Source of the DNA: an uncultured Candidatus Saccharibacteria bacterium
Lineage (GTDB): Bacteria > Patescibacteriota > Saccharimonadia > Saccharimonadales > Saccharimonadaceae
Reading direction: 5' to 3'
Length of the DNA stretch: 64,000 nucleotides
NCBI GenBank assembly: GCA_946560015.1
Contig: CAMNUC010000001.1
Location: 10,570 to 74,569 of the forward strand
Position numbers and translations under genes: made by a program
Part shown: piece after piece, positions 51,326 through 59,770 of the stretch
Numbering within the stretch: the stretch's first letter is position 1
Layout: each line of letters begins with the position of its first letter
The notes under the pieces: model-generated
The model's input: only the letters and a program-made list of their open reading frames with translations
What the model was told of the DNA's origin: nothing
The model's database searches: none

Positions 51326-51700
51326 CTAGCTTCTCCTCGATATTGGGATCAGGCTAACAGAAAAGCCTTTGAATAAGCCTCGTCTTTTATCGAGCAGCTC
51401 CAAGCTATAATCATTACGATAATATTGCGCCGTAATCTCTTGCCCAGTTCCGAGATGATAGTAGGTGACATCGAAAAATGGCTGCGCAAGCTGATTATAT
51501 ATCTGTGTAATTTCTGCTTGAGTCAATCCGTCTATAAACTCCAGCTCAATTTTAGGATACTCGCCCAAATAGGACGCACGTACGTCGCCATTCATATTAC
51601 GCTCGGCATCTTTCCATAGCAGGTTAGAACCAATTCGGTACGCTTTTAATCCAATAACTTTTTGCCCGTTGATTTTTAATAAGTCGCCGTCAATTTTCAT
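51326..51700 (-). CDS. Distal tail (Dit-like) protein
   Basis: LLKING, ERNMNG, FFDVTY, V.LI; size and synteny. Confidence 0.65.
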   Translation of the reverse strand: MKIDGDLLKINGQKVIGLKAYRIGSNLLWKDAERNMNGDVRASYLGEYPKIELEFIDGLTQAEITQIYNQLAQPFFDVTYYHLGTGQEITAQYYRNDYSLELLDKRRGLFKGFSVSLIPISRRS

Positions 51701-51701
51701 C

Positions 51702-52109
51702 TCAGAGTTTTCCCTGCGCTTTCAGTCGCTCAACTTTCTCATGAATATATGAGTTGCCACCAAGCTCTGGGCTAGTATATCTACCGTACACTTCGTAAAA
51801 GCGCTCCAATTCTATTTCATCAATAGCTTGCCCTTGTTCAACGTCTGCCAGAAAACGCACTAGGAAGTTTTTGCACGAACCAAGCTCATTCGCCTTGACC
51901 GCGTCTTTTAAGTTGCTTATTTCTGAAGTCATCGGCGTCATTTCTGAAGAGATCGCAGTTTTAACGATTTCACTGATTTCATTGTGTCGATTTCGTTTGA
52001 AGATTTTATGAACCTTAATGCCGAGACCTACGATTACGCTTAAAACGCCTATGGCGCCAGCTACCCAGACAATAATCTCCCAGACCTGTCCTAACGTGAC
52101 TTTATCCAT
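51702..52109 (-). CDS. Single-TM lysis-module protein
   Basis: N-terminal TM; Y..Y...LGGNSY motif typical of lysis-region proteins. Confidence 0.65.
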   Translation of the reverse strand: MDKVTLGQVWEIIVWVAGAIGVLSVIVGLGIKVHKIFKRNRHNEISEIVKTAISSEMTPMTSEISNLKDAVKANELGSCKNFLVRFLADVEQGQAIDEIELERFYEVYGRYTSPELGGNSYIHEKVERLKAQGKL

Positions 52110-52112
52110 GCA

Positions 52113-53036
52113 CTATTTCCTATGTTCAATAATGTCACCAGCATACAATCCCACGCCAGTTGACGAATGCCAGCCATCATACACAGATTGACCGGGTTTG
52201 ATCTTAGTAGAGAACCATGTGCGAGCATAAGCGTCCATAGCCTCACCATAAACTGCCTTACCCTCACAGCGAGCCATAATCTTTCCCATAGTATCACCAG
52301 AAACTACTTTGAGCTTTGAGCAGTCAGTAGCAGTATTTGTAGGCATACTATCAGGCGTTGTAGGAGCTTGTACGGCTGTTTCTGGCTCATAATTACCTGG
52401 CACGACCCATACCCAACCGTCAATGTTCATGTTGTGCGTAGCAACGGTAAGCGGAGTATAGTTCGCATCCTCAACCATAGCTGTATTTGCTCCAGTGGAA
52501 TACAAATAGAGTGCCGTATGACCATAGGTAGTATTAAACCCTCCTGATCCAATCGCACCCTTTACTGGCTGATCGATATACTTAAACCCATAGTTCTTCA
52601 CGAGCCAAGCAGCGACATCTTTACCGTTGACTGGCCCGTAGTCGAGATGAGCTGTTGAGTAAACGCTCTTGCCAGTTGCGAGATAGGCTGTGTAGCGTGA
52701 GCATTGATACGGTGAGGTACCCGGGGCGAGCCTACGTGAGAGAATGTCGTCAATCGTGACATAGAATCCTTGTCCAGTAGCTTCCTCGTCATTCTCGGCA
52801 ATAGTCTGTTCATCGGTCGGAGCATCTTGGTTCATTAAGCGAGCGAGCGCCGCTTTGGAGTCTTCAATAAAATCCAGCGTAGATTGATCAATTTTGGCGT
52901 TCTTCCCATCAAGTGTAATGCTTCCATCTTCTGACGGCGTGCCAATAGCTAAAAATACGCCACATATGCCTACGAATGCTAGAAAAATAAGGAAGGCAAT
53001 ATTATTACCGAGATTTTTCTTTAACTTATTTATCAT
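52113..53036 (-). CDS. Endolysin: N-terminal TM, CHAP-like domain, LysM-like C-terminus
   Basis: YQCSRY, YGHTA, VEDANY; V.SGDT...I...GLYAGD.I; AAGGAG RBS before ATG 53036. Confidence 0.8.
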   Translation of the reverse strand: MINKLKKNLGNNIAFLIFLAFVGICGVFLAIGTPSEDGSITLDGKNAKIDQSTLDFIEDSKAALARLMNQDAPTDEQTIAENDEEATGQGFYVTIDDILSRRLAPGTSPYQCSRYTAYLATGKSVYSTAHLDYGPVNGKDVAAWLVKNYGFKYIDQPVKGAIGSGGFNTTYGHTALYLYSTGANTAMVEDANYTPLTVATHNMNIDGWVWVVPGNYEPETAVQAPTTPDSMPTNTATDCSKLKVVSGDTMGKIMARCEGKAVYGEAMDAYARTWFSTKIKPGQSVYDGWHSSTGVGLYAGDIIEHRK

Positions 53037-53250
53037 CGTTTTTCTCCTTGTCTGCACTATTCTTTTGTCCAGTAACACCCAAGAAGTAGATGTTGATACC
53101 ACCGGAGAACAATAAGGCAGTTTGAGTCAGTTGTTTAGCAACGCTCTCGAAGCCCCAAGTACTGCCAAGTCCTTGGATAATGAATGCAGCAAACGATAAA
53201 ATACCGACTGCCATTGATAGTTGACGAGTGGTTTTCTTTTTGAAGGTCAT
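53026..53250 (-). CDS. Putative holin
   Basis: 74 aa, two hydrophobic segments, charged C-terminus, overlaps the lysin start. Confidence 0.75.
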   Translation of the reverse strand: MTFKKKTTRQLSMAVGILSFAAFIIQGLGSTWGFESVAKQLTQTALLFSGGINIYFLGVTGQKNSADKEKNDDK

Positions 53251-53274
53251 AAATGAAACTCCTTTCGTAAAATA

Positions 53275-53353
53275 AAAACGACCAGTAAAAACTGGTCGCA
53301 ATAAAAATACGGCTAGATTAAACTGCCGTCATTGATATGTCCTAATTATAGCA
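53275..53353 (-). promoter_or_regulatory. Late-type promoter and leader of the holin-lysin-tail operon
   Basis: TGCTATAAT-N8-ATCAATGACGGC followed by two hairpins with T tracts. Confidence 0.75.
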
Positions 53354-53445
53354 TAAACGCATAAAAGAAAAAGGTAGGTTATCTGGTGTTCAGAGGGTTG
53401 CTAAACTGAACTGATAACCATAAATACATTATATCATAATCAATA

Positions 53446-53479
53446 GTACATGGGTAACATGGGGTGCTGGAAGAGTGCC
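53446..53479 (+). repeat. Inversion site 2b
   Basis: GTACATGGGTAACATGGGGTGCTGGAAGAGTGCC. Confidence 0.95.
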
Positions 53480-53747
53480 GGTAGGGTATAGCGCTTTAGA
53501 GGCTGAATTTAATGCCGTAAATAAGACTGGCGGTGATAAGGCGGTAACATTGACCGTCGAACAAATTCCATCACATAGTCACGGAACATGGGCTTCATAC
53601 TCGAATACATCTAGTAATAATAAGATAAACCTTGGTAGCACCTATTGGCTAGGGACATCGGATAATACTGCTGCCACTGGTGGAGGAAAATCGCATAGTA
53701 ACGTTCAGCCATACAAAGTTCTCTATATGTGGCAAAGAACGGTCTAA
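53446..53747 (+). CDS. Silent tail fibre C-terminal cassette C
   Basis: TWVTWGAGRVPVG...KTGGDKAVTLTVEQIPSHSH...HSNVQPYKVLYMWQRTV; homology starts exactly at the repeat. Confidence 0.9.
53539..53554 (+). repeat. Inversion site 3a
   Basis: AGGCGGTAACATTGAC, perfect inverted copy at 53955-53970. Confidence 0.93.
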
Positions 53748-53970
53748 ACGGTACGTTTCCACATATAGAGAACCTGGTACGGTGGCAAGTTATTATGTGC
53801 ACGCCCATCTCCTGTTGCTGTTGTTTCATTATTATAGGAAGTTGTATCGTTTTGATTTCTAGTTAGGATTGAAAACCACTGATCTCCGCCGCGTTGTCCG
53901 CGGGGAGTCGCTACGTGTCCACTTAGGTGTTTATGTGGCGGTATTTGCGCCGTAGTCAATGTTACCGCCT
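53744..53970 (-). CDS. Silent tail fibre C-terminal cassette D
   Basis: AVTLTTAQIPPHKH...AHNNLPPYQVLYMWKRTV; begins at the repeat. Confidence 0.9.
53955..53970 (-). repeat. Inversion site 3b
   Basis: gtcaatgttaccgcct; overlaps the TAG of the gene at 53969..54376. Confidence 0.93.
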
Positions 53971-54376
53971 AAACATCCATAGCTTCAATAAAAACATTTT
54001 CTTTGAGCCATTTGTAAGCGTCTTTAATTGAAAAATCACCATTAAGAAGAGGCAAAATGTACTCAATCTCTAAAAGATGCAAAGAAGCAGATTCTGCGGT
54101 GGGCGCAAGAGAATTGAGCTTATCGGAGAGTTCTATGCGCTCTTGCTCATTTTCCTCTGTTGGATTAGATATCAGCTCATCTAGTCGCTCAACGAGCTTG
54201 TCGCGGTTTACCAACTTAGACGAATCTTCCTTTTCGGCTTGCCTTAGAGATTCAGTGGCGTATGAAAACACAGTCAAAGTCGCTTCTTTGGTTGTAAAGT
54301 CTAATTTTGCCTTTACGATGCGATGGTATGTGGTTGTAGCACCTTTTTCGTTAGTAATAGACTGCCGTAATGCCAT
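53969..54376 (-). CDS. Hypothetical protein, possibly a tail fibre-associated chaperone
   Basis: G....YHRI, AY.WLK...F..A.DV; AAGGAG RBS; own late-type promoter. Confidence 0.7.
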   Translation of the reverse strand: MALRQSITNEKGATTTYHRIVKAKLDFTTKEATLTVFSYATESLRQAEKEDSSKLVNRDKLVERLDELISNPTEENEQERIELSDKLNSLAPTAESASLHLLEIEYILPLLNGDFSIKDAYKWLKENVFIEAMDV

Positions 54377-54453
54377 TTCGTTTCTCCTTGAAAAAATGAC
54401 TAGTCAAAATATCTAGCCATCATTGATATTAAGTAAATTATACCATAATCTAC

Positions 54454-54552
54454 CTACTGTTTGCCGTCAAATTTTAGAGCCAGCCATACTAGGATGCCAA
54501 GCATAACGAAAGCTCCAACTAGTATTCCAGTAATAAAAGACGATACATTCAT
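54454..54552 (-). CDS. 32-aa single-TM peptide
   Basis: AAGGAGG RBS; MNVSSFITGILVGAFVMLGILVWLALKFDGKQ. Confidence 0.6.
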   Translation of the reverse strand: MNVSSFITGILVGAFVMLGILVWLALKFDGKQ

Positions 54553-54565
54553 TTTCCTCCTTAAA

Positions 54566-55093
54566 TTAAAACTCAATCTTTTGTTTTTGCGGCTCACCTA
54601 GATAATTAGTAATGATACTAATTGCCTGGTCATATCCGATTGCAAATTCAGCACAATATCCAGCTTGCCTCAATTTGTATAGGACATCTGCTTGCTCTCT
54701 GAGGTGCTTATCGGCATAAACCTTACCATCTAGACTGATTTTATTTGGATCATCCAATTTTCTTTGAGCATAGATGTTTTCACCATCCTTTTTAAGCTCC
54801 AAATATAGACCAGCAAAGACATATACTCGCCAGTAGCCGTCTGATTTTACCTTATTAGGCTTGTATTTCCCAAGAGTCATTCTAACTCGTGGTTTGATGT
54901 AAATATCTTTTGGTATAGCAATGGTCAAATCTGGCCATGACTTACGCCCTCCATTAAGCCTTTTCTGTTTTACAGCTTGACCCTTGGTTAGTTTAGCTCC
55001 AGAGCCATAATCTGAGTGGAACAATACATTTGGATAGTTCTGAACTAAGTAATTGGCGACTCTTTCTTGTAGAATTTCTTCTTCCTTAGTCAT
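54566..55093 (-). CDS. VRR-NUC-like PD-(D/E)xK nuclease
   Basis: E..LQ, WPDL, GLYLELK, EQ......L...GY. Confidence 0.75.
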   Translation of the reverse strand: MTKEEEILQERVANYLVQNYPNVLFHSDYGSGAKLTKGQAVKQKRLNGGRKSWPDLTIAIPKDIYIKPRVRMTLGKYKPNKVKSDGYWRVYVFAGLYLELKKDGENIYAQRKLDDPNKISLDGKVYADKHLREQADVLYKLRQAGYCAEFAIGYDQAISIITNYLGEPQKQKIEF

Positions 55094-55277
55094 TTTGCTT
55101 GCCCTCCAACTTCCATTCTTCATCTAAGGCAATAACAACCTCATCAAGCGTATATTTGCCAGTAAGAGGGCCTTCTATGAACTTAACTCTACCTTGTCCG
55201 TCTTCGAAAATCATCCACTCTGCTTGATAGTATGTCGTGAACCCGCGTAGTCGTGTCCTTGCCGTAAATTTACGCAT
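55086..55277 (-). CDS. Hypothetical phage protein
   Basis: GGAGG RBS, coupled ORF. Confidence 0.6.
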   Translation of the reverse strand: MRKFTARTRLRGFTTYYQAEWMIFEDGQGRVKFIEGPLTGKYTLDEVVIALDEEWKLEGKQND

Positions 55278-55539
55278 CTTTCTCCTCCAGCTTCGGTCTA
55301 TCATTTTTGTAAAATTTCACATAAAGATCATAGCAATCACTGCGAACCAAATCACCAGTATCCCAGTCAATTTGATAATGAACATTATTGTAGGTCATTC
55401 CTCCGTAGTACCTGGCAACACTAAGCTGGGATTTTATCCAGTAATCAAAGCCCATTACGAATGGAACGCCGTCTTTAGTAGAAAGTTTATCAATCAATAG
55501 GTCGGCAGCTTCTTTACTATTTGCTTTATACATCTTCAT
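55270..55539 (-). CDS. Hypothetical phage protein
   Basis: Coupled ORF in the early operon. Confidence 0.6.
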   Translation of the reverse strand: MKMYKANSKEAADLLIDKLSTKDGVPFVMGFDYWIKSQLSVARYYGGMTYNNVHYQIDWDTGDLVRSDCYDLYVKFYKNDRPKLEEKDA

Positions 55540-56278
55540 CAATGCAGCTCCATTCTTGCTTCTCCGTATCAACTACCGCAAACCTGCAATCTCCGATCGG
55601 CGCGCCGTAGGAGTATGTAGAAAAAACGTCAGTAGATAATAGATTATTATCAAAAGTAATACCTTTTACTGGGGTATGCCCGACTACCTGCATATACCGT
55701 TCTGGCCACCATAGTTTGAGTTGTTCATTTTGTGGTCGCGCCCAAATAGGGGAATTCTCCAGCCAAAGTTCATCGAGCGCAGCATTATTTGCCAGTCGCA
55801 ACATATCCCCAACTCCAACCCAACCATCAGCGGGATAAGTTATAAGTCGTTTTTGTCGATCAATCCAGCTTTCTGTTATTCCAGCGTGGCTGAAAACGAC
55901 GGTATTCACGGCATGGACTATCTTTTGGTGAATCCCGCTGCCTCGCATTTCTTGTAGCAGTTTTTCCATCTCCTGTTCCATAATCTTACTATGTCCAGTT
56001 TCTCGCCTGCCATATTCTGGCTTATAGTAGCCAAGGTCATGATTTCCCATACACCAAAGCGTCTTCGGGAACTTCTTCTGGAACTCTATGGCGCGTTCTG
56101 CTGTTCTCTGATAATATGCAGTTGCAAACTGCATATCCCAGTCATCAAACATATCACCTAGTTGTATAGCAAAATCTGCTTTGCCATCCTCTAAAATCTT
56201 TTCTGCTCGGTCAAACATCTCGTATTTGAGATGGATGTCGGGGATTACTAAAATCTTAGGCATCGTCTTTTCCTCCAT
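55526..56278 (-). CDS. Calcineurin-like metallophosphoesterase
   Basis: DIH, LGD.FD, GNHD, SHAG, GHT motifs. Confidence 0.9.
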   Translation of the reverse strand: MEEKTMPKILVIPDIHLKYEMFDRAEKILEDGKADFAIQLGDMFDDWDMQFATAYYQRTAERAIEFQKKFPKTLWCMGNHDLGYYKPEYGRRETGHSKIMEQEMEKLLQEMRGSGIHQKIVHAVNTVVFSHAGITESWIDRQKRLITYPADGWVGVGDMLRLANNAALDELWLENSPIWARPQNEQLKLWWPERYMQVVGHTPVKGITFDNNLLSTDVFSTYSYGAPIGDCRFAVVDTEKQEWSCIDEDV

Positions 56279-56295
56279 CCTCTTAGCACAAATAA

Positions 56296-56586
56296 TTAGT
56301 CTTCAAACTTTACTATTTCTTCCTTGACTCGTTTTTGGGCTTCGGCGGTGAGACCACTCAAGTCTGGTATTTTTTCCATTGCCTGCACCTGGCCATTGCG
56401 CCGCTCGTAGGTGTGGACGCGACCGCTATTGACGTTAGAGAATAGTGCCATCACTTTGCCACGGAACTCTACCATTTCTGTCGAACCGATGTAGTAATAG
56501 AACTGTATGCTCCCGTCTTGGTAGATATTACGGCACACGTCGAATTGCTCCAACTTTTCGCTGTTCCGGTCTCTAGTTATCGTCAT
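56296..56586 (-). CDS. Hypothetical phage protein
   Basis: AAGGAGG RBS. Confidence 0.6.
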   Translation of the reverse strand: MTITRDRNSEKLEQFDVCRNIYQDGSIQFYYYIGSTEMVEFRGKVMALFSNVNSGRVHTYERRNGQVQAMEKIPDLSGLTAEAQKRVKEEIVKFED

Positions 56587-57055
56587 GATTATTCCTCCTT
56601 GACAACTCTGGGTTTGATAAGATGTGACCGACTAGCTTTTGATGTGGCGCACCTTTAAGGAACATTAGATTGTCATTCTTGTCTTTCAGCTGCCACTGGC
56701 CATCAATACCTACTACGATACCCAGCGCTTCTCCATCATCGTTGTAGTCAACAATACTCCCCTCCCAAATCTCCTTGCCGTCTTTGTCGAAGAGATTGGT
56801 GGATTGAACTATGATATAACGGCTTCTAGTTTCATCTCCAAACCCACCTATCCCTAACTGGTGCATAAAAATAGCTAGTTCTTCTATATATAACCATTTT
56901 CTAGTATCACAGTTTTCGGGAACAATAAAATTCTCTTGCTTCTTATCCCAAACCATAAACCGCTTAGGCATAGGCTGGAAGTTCAGCATTCCGACATTGA
57001 TGTTGGAATGCTTACTTTTGGTTAGGACATTGTTGTCCTGTGCATAATTAAACAT
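56573..57055 (-). CDS. YopX-family protein
   Basis: RF.VWDK, QSTNL.DKDGKEIWEG.IV, VG.I..NPEL; start inferred. Confidence 0.85.
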   Translation of the reverse strand: MFNYAQDNNVLTKSKHSNINVGMLNFQPMPKRFMVWDKKQENFIVPENCDTRKWLYIEELAIFMHQLGIGGFGDETRSRYIIVQSTNLFDKDGKEIWEGSIVDYNDDGEALGIVVGIDGQWQLKDKNDNLMFLKGAPHQKLVGHILSNPELSRRNNHDDN

Positions 57056-57266
57056 TTGATACACCCCTGATATTCTTAACGTGAGATTTACGGAATGATA
57101 TTGGTAATGATCTAAGCAATAAATACATATTGGGCATATACCCTGTTTGCGCATCGTCAATCCATTTAAGGACTCCTCTAATTGTTGCGCCATCCTTAAA
57201 TTGAATTTCGACTTGTTTATCAAGGTAAAAGTCTAATTTTTGACTTCTATGAGTATATTTAGTCAT
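57048..57266 (-). CDS. Small Sm-like fold hypothetical protein
   Basis: YLDKQVEIQFKDGATIRGVL resembles Sm1. Confidence 0.55.
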   Translation of the reverse strand: MTKYTHRSQKLDFYLDKQVEIQFKDGATIRGVLKWIDDAQTGYMPNMYLLLRSLPISFRKSHVKNIRGVSNV

Positions 57267-57696
57267 TTTGTCCCCCTGCATCTAATAACCCACGACTCAT
57301 CACTTCACCATATAGTGTTTCACCACTTGGAGTGATAGCATACGGTAAGAATACTTGGTCTGGCTCAACCATATGCGTCTCAATGATCGCAAGCTGCGCT
57401 TCAATCCAGTCTTTGACAATACGCCAAGCAATACGACGTGCTTGATCTAGATTACGATAGCCAGGCGCTACACCTCTTTGAGATTTGAGTACACCCAAAA
57501 CTTTGTCTGGTTCGACTGGTAACCTATAGCCAATCTCCCTGCCATTAACCAGCATCTTGAAACATACCGACGACACATTACCATGTTCGTCATATTCTGA
57601 CAGCACAGCTCGTGCGCCAGCTTTAGCTAGCAATTTCTGCACTTCAGCGACAGTTTTATCAGCTGAGACTTTAGTTGTGTAATTAAGTAGTGGCAC
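57259..57696 (-). CDS. Conserved hypothetical phage protein
   Basis: LNYTTKV, QA.R.AWR..KDW..AQ, QVFLPY. Confidence 0.7.
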   Translation of the reverse strand: MPLLNYTTKVSADKTVAEVQKLLAKAGARAVLSEYDEHGNVSSVCFKMLVNGREIGYRLPVEPDKVLGVLKSQRGVAPGYRNLDQARRIAWRIVKDWIEAQLAIIETHMVEPDQVFLPYAITPSGETLYGEVMSRGLLDAGGQND

Positions 57697-57698
57697 TT

Positions 57699-58004
57699 TT
57701 ACTTTTCCTCCCTGTCTACATAGGTGTAGTAAAGAATTTCGTTCATACAAGCCCAAAATCTATCAGTGCATTGAAACTTCCCGTTACGAACACCTAAGCA
57801 CCCAGCATCACGCAAATCTTTGATAATTTTGGCTTCCTCCCTAGATAACTTGGCTCGATCAAATATCTGCTCGTTCATCAAAACATACTGGATGTAAGGT
57901 AGCAAGCGAAGATTAGTTTTATCTAAATCTAGCCCAGTTTCCGTTTTGTACCTGAGCCGTAAAGCTGCCTTTATCGTGGCATCTTCAGGCAATAGTCCTC
58001 TCAT
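57699..58004 (-). CDS. Hypothetical phage protein
   Basis: Coupled ORF; LRLLPYIQY..MN. Confidence 0.6.
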   Translation of the reverse strand: MRGLLPEDATIKAALRLRYKTETGLDLDKTNLRLLPYIQYVLMNEQIFDRAKLSREEAKIIKDLRDAGCLGVRNGKFQCTDRFWACMNEILYYTYVDREEK

Positions 58005-58318
58005 TTTTCTCCTCCATTCTCGATAACCGGAATCCCATATTTAATGGCCACTTCCCGTTCCAATAGGCATCCTCTTGCGTCTATCCAATCGCCCCATAGT
58101 ACCAGTACATCTGCTCTCGCAAGTTTCTTGATAGATTCACCTAGATACCATGCTGGAATATTTTTACAATCTTTTGGCGCATCCTCTGCAATAAAGCTGT
58201 CAATAATAGTAGCAGAGCCAAAGGCTTTAGCGAGCCAAGCTTCACATTTTCTACGATCGGCTTTAATCTCCTCATCAGTTTTTCCGTTCATAGGTTGGGA
58301 AATAAAGAATGTTGTCAT
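58001..58318 (-). CDS. DUF4406-like protein
   Basis: FISQPMNG, W..ARGC..E...A..YG. Confidence 0.7.
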   Translation of the reverse strand: MTTFFISQPMNGKTDEEIKADRRKCEAWLAKAFGSATIIDSFIAEDAPKDCKNIPAWYLGESIKKLARADVLVLWGDWIDARGCLLEREVAIKYGIPVIENGGEK

Positions 58319-58534
58319 TTATTTTACTCCTTTTGGTTTAATTTCTACCTGTTCTTCCCATAGTATTTGCTCCTTGCGTTCACCCTCAATGAACTTGTAC
58401 ATAAATCTGCCATTACCGATGTGGGTCGCCTTAGCTAAGGCGAAATCGTCATTACTACCTTTCTGCCGAATCTTTCGTTTGCCCTGTTTGGCTCGCATTT
58501 GTTGCTTATATGTTTCTTCATCAATCATATTCAT
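58319..58534 (-). CDS. Hypothetical phage protein
   Basis: GGAGG RBS, coupled. Confidence 0.55.
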   Translation of the reverse strand: MNMIDEETYKQQMRAKQGKRKIRQKGSNDDFALAKATHIGNGRFMYKFIEGERKEQILWEEQVEIKPKGVK

Positions 58535-58631
58535 TCCTCCATGTCATAAATATTTTTTAGCGCGGCAGCATGCTGCTTGCGAAGAATGTTTTTACGTCTT
58601 TTCTCCTCAACAATTTCTAGCCAATTTCTGC

Positions 58632-58793
58632 TCATTCGACCCCCTCACACGCCTCTGGCGTTTTATAATCAAAGCAAGCTGTTTGACGGGTGTGGTCAAC
58701 CGCTTCTATAACTATGACGGCCACACCAACACCAATAACGATAGCTAATAAGAATATGCCCACTAGCACTATTCTTTCTAAGATTCTCATCAT
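58632..58793 (-). CDS. 53-aa single-TM protein
   Basis: MMRILERIVLVGIFLLAIVIGVGVAVIV...; TAATG coupling. Confidence 0.5.
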   Translation of the reverse strand: MMRILERIVLVGIFLLAIVIGVGVAVIVIEAVDHTRQTACFDYKTPEACEGVE

Positions 58794-59032
58794 TACGATT
58801 TCTCCCCTACGAAAAATCCAAATTTCTCGTTTAGCATACGATAGTGGTATCTTAAATTGGATGGACAGCGACTACGCCTGACGCGTTTACCGCTGTCATT
58901 TTTGCGTAATTCTTTCATGGCGGCAACATACTCGTCCTCTGTGACAGTTTGGCGATAATGTGATTTTAGCCATTCCCGTACGCTTTCTTGGTGTCTCATG
59001 AAATCTGGATGTTCAAAATCAAACTCTTTCAT
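58793..59032 (-). CDS. Hypothetical phage protein
   Basis: 79-aa ORF in operon. Confidence 0.55.
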   Translation of the reverse strand: MKEFDFEHPDFMRHQESVREWLKSHYRQTVTEDEYVAAMKELRKNDSGKRVRRSRCPSNLRYHYRMLNEKFGFFVGEKS

Positions 59033-59034
59033 AT

Positions 59035-59367
59035 CTAAACCCCTAATGCCCAGCGCGCAATACCAACCGCCACGCTACCTATTACGGCAAGGAGGCAAAT
59101 TAGAAGAAATATACCGACAATTCTTACGCAAAAATTATGCACGCGGCTTTTAGGAATTTCGTAATCCCTACGATCATATTTGGCTTCATTCGTGATTCTA
59201 TCCAACTCTTTTCGAGCTTTACGTCGTTGGCCCCATTCTTGTTGCAACGGCTTAGCAATCCTACGAACTTCTTCAATGCTCACATCGTATTTTTCGGCAA
59301 TACGTGGATATGAATAATGCTTAGACCTAATTGCTCTTTGAATCTTTTCTAACTTTGATTGGCTCAC
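59035..59367 (-). CDS. HTH-like protein with C-terminal TM
   Basis: SYPRIAEKYDVSIEEVRRI; hydrophobic C-terminus; AAGGAGG RBS. Confidence 0.6.
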   Translation of the reverse strand: MSQSKLEKIQRAIRSKHYSYPRIAEKYDVSIEEVRRIAKPLQQEWGQRRKARKELDRITNEAKYDRRDYEIPKSRVHNFCVRIVGIFLLICLLAVIGSVAVGIARWALGV

Positions 59368-59770
59368 GCCCGTATTCCTCCTTATTAGTACCTAAATATT
59401 TAAGAGCGCCTCTCCTCCTCGCAGCCCAGGACAGACGCCCTAGTAGATTACTAAAATAAGCGGGTAAAATTTTAGTAATCTGCTAGGAAGTGGCACGGTC
59501 TAACGGCTATAAGCTTACGTTGACTTGTCTATAGCGCCACTTCTTGTTGGTTACGATCCCTATTTAGAGCTATATTTGTTCTACGAGTATTTGATTGAAG
59601 CCATACTCGCGAGGCAACATAAAACTGCTTAACCCTTTTTGATGCCCCTAATCAATGACGTATATATCTCCGAACAGAGACCGTAACTTTTAAGATTTGT
59701 GGAGGTGTTTTGATGGCACGGTCTAATCGGCCAGCGGTAAAATATCGTAAACCCACTAGCGCCATCACAT

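Noticed and set aside
53718-53773. 15-bp inverted repeat as a fourth inversion site
   Set aside because: It lacks the GTAACAT core and follows from both cassettes encoding VLYMW; it may act as a hairpin.
46802-53970. Diversity-generating retroelement as the source of the repeated fibre C-termini
   Set aside because: No reverse transcriptase in the window; the cassettes differ by unrelated middles rather than adenine-specific changes and are bounded by inverted repeats.
59651-59660. Fifth ATCAATGACG late-promoter motif
   Set aside because: No TATAAT 8-9 nt upstream and no following hairpin or gene in that orientation.
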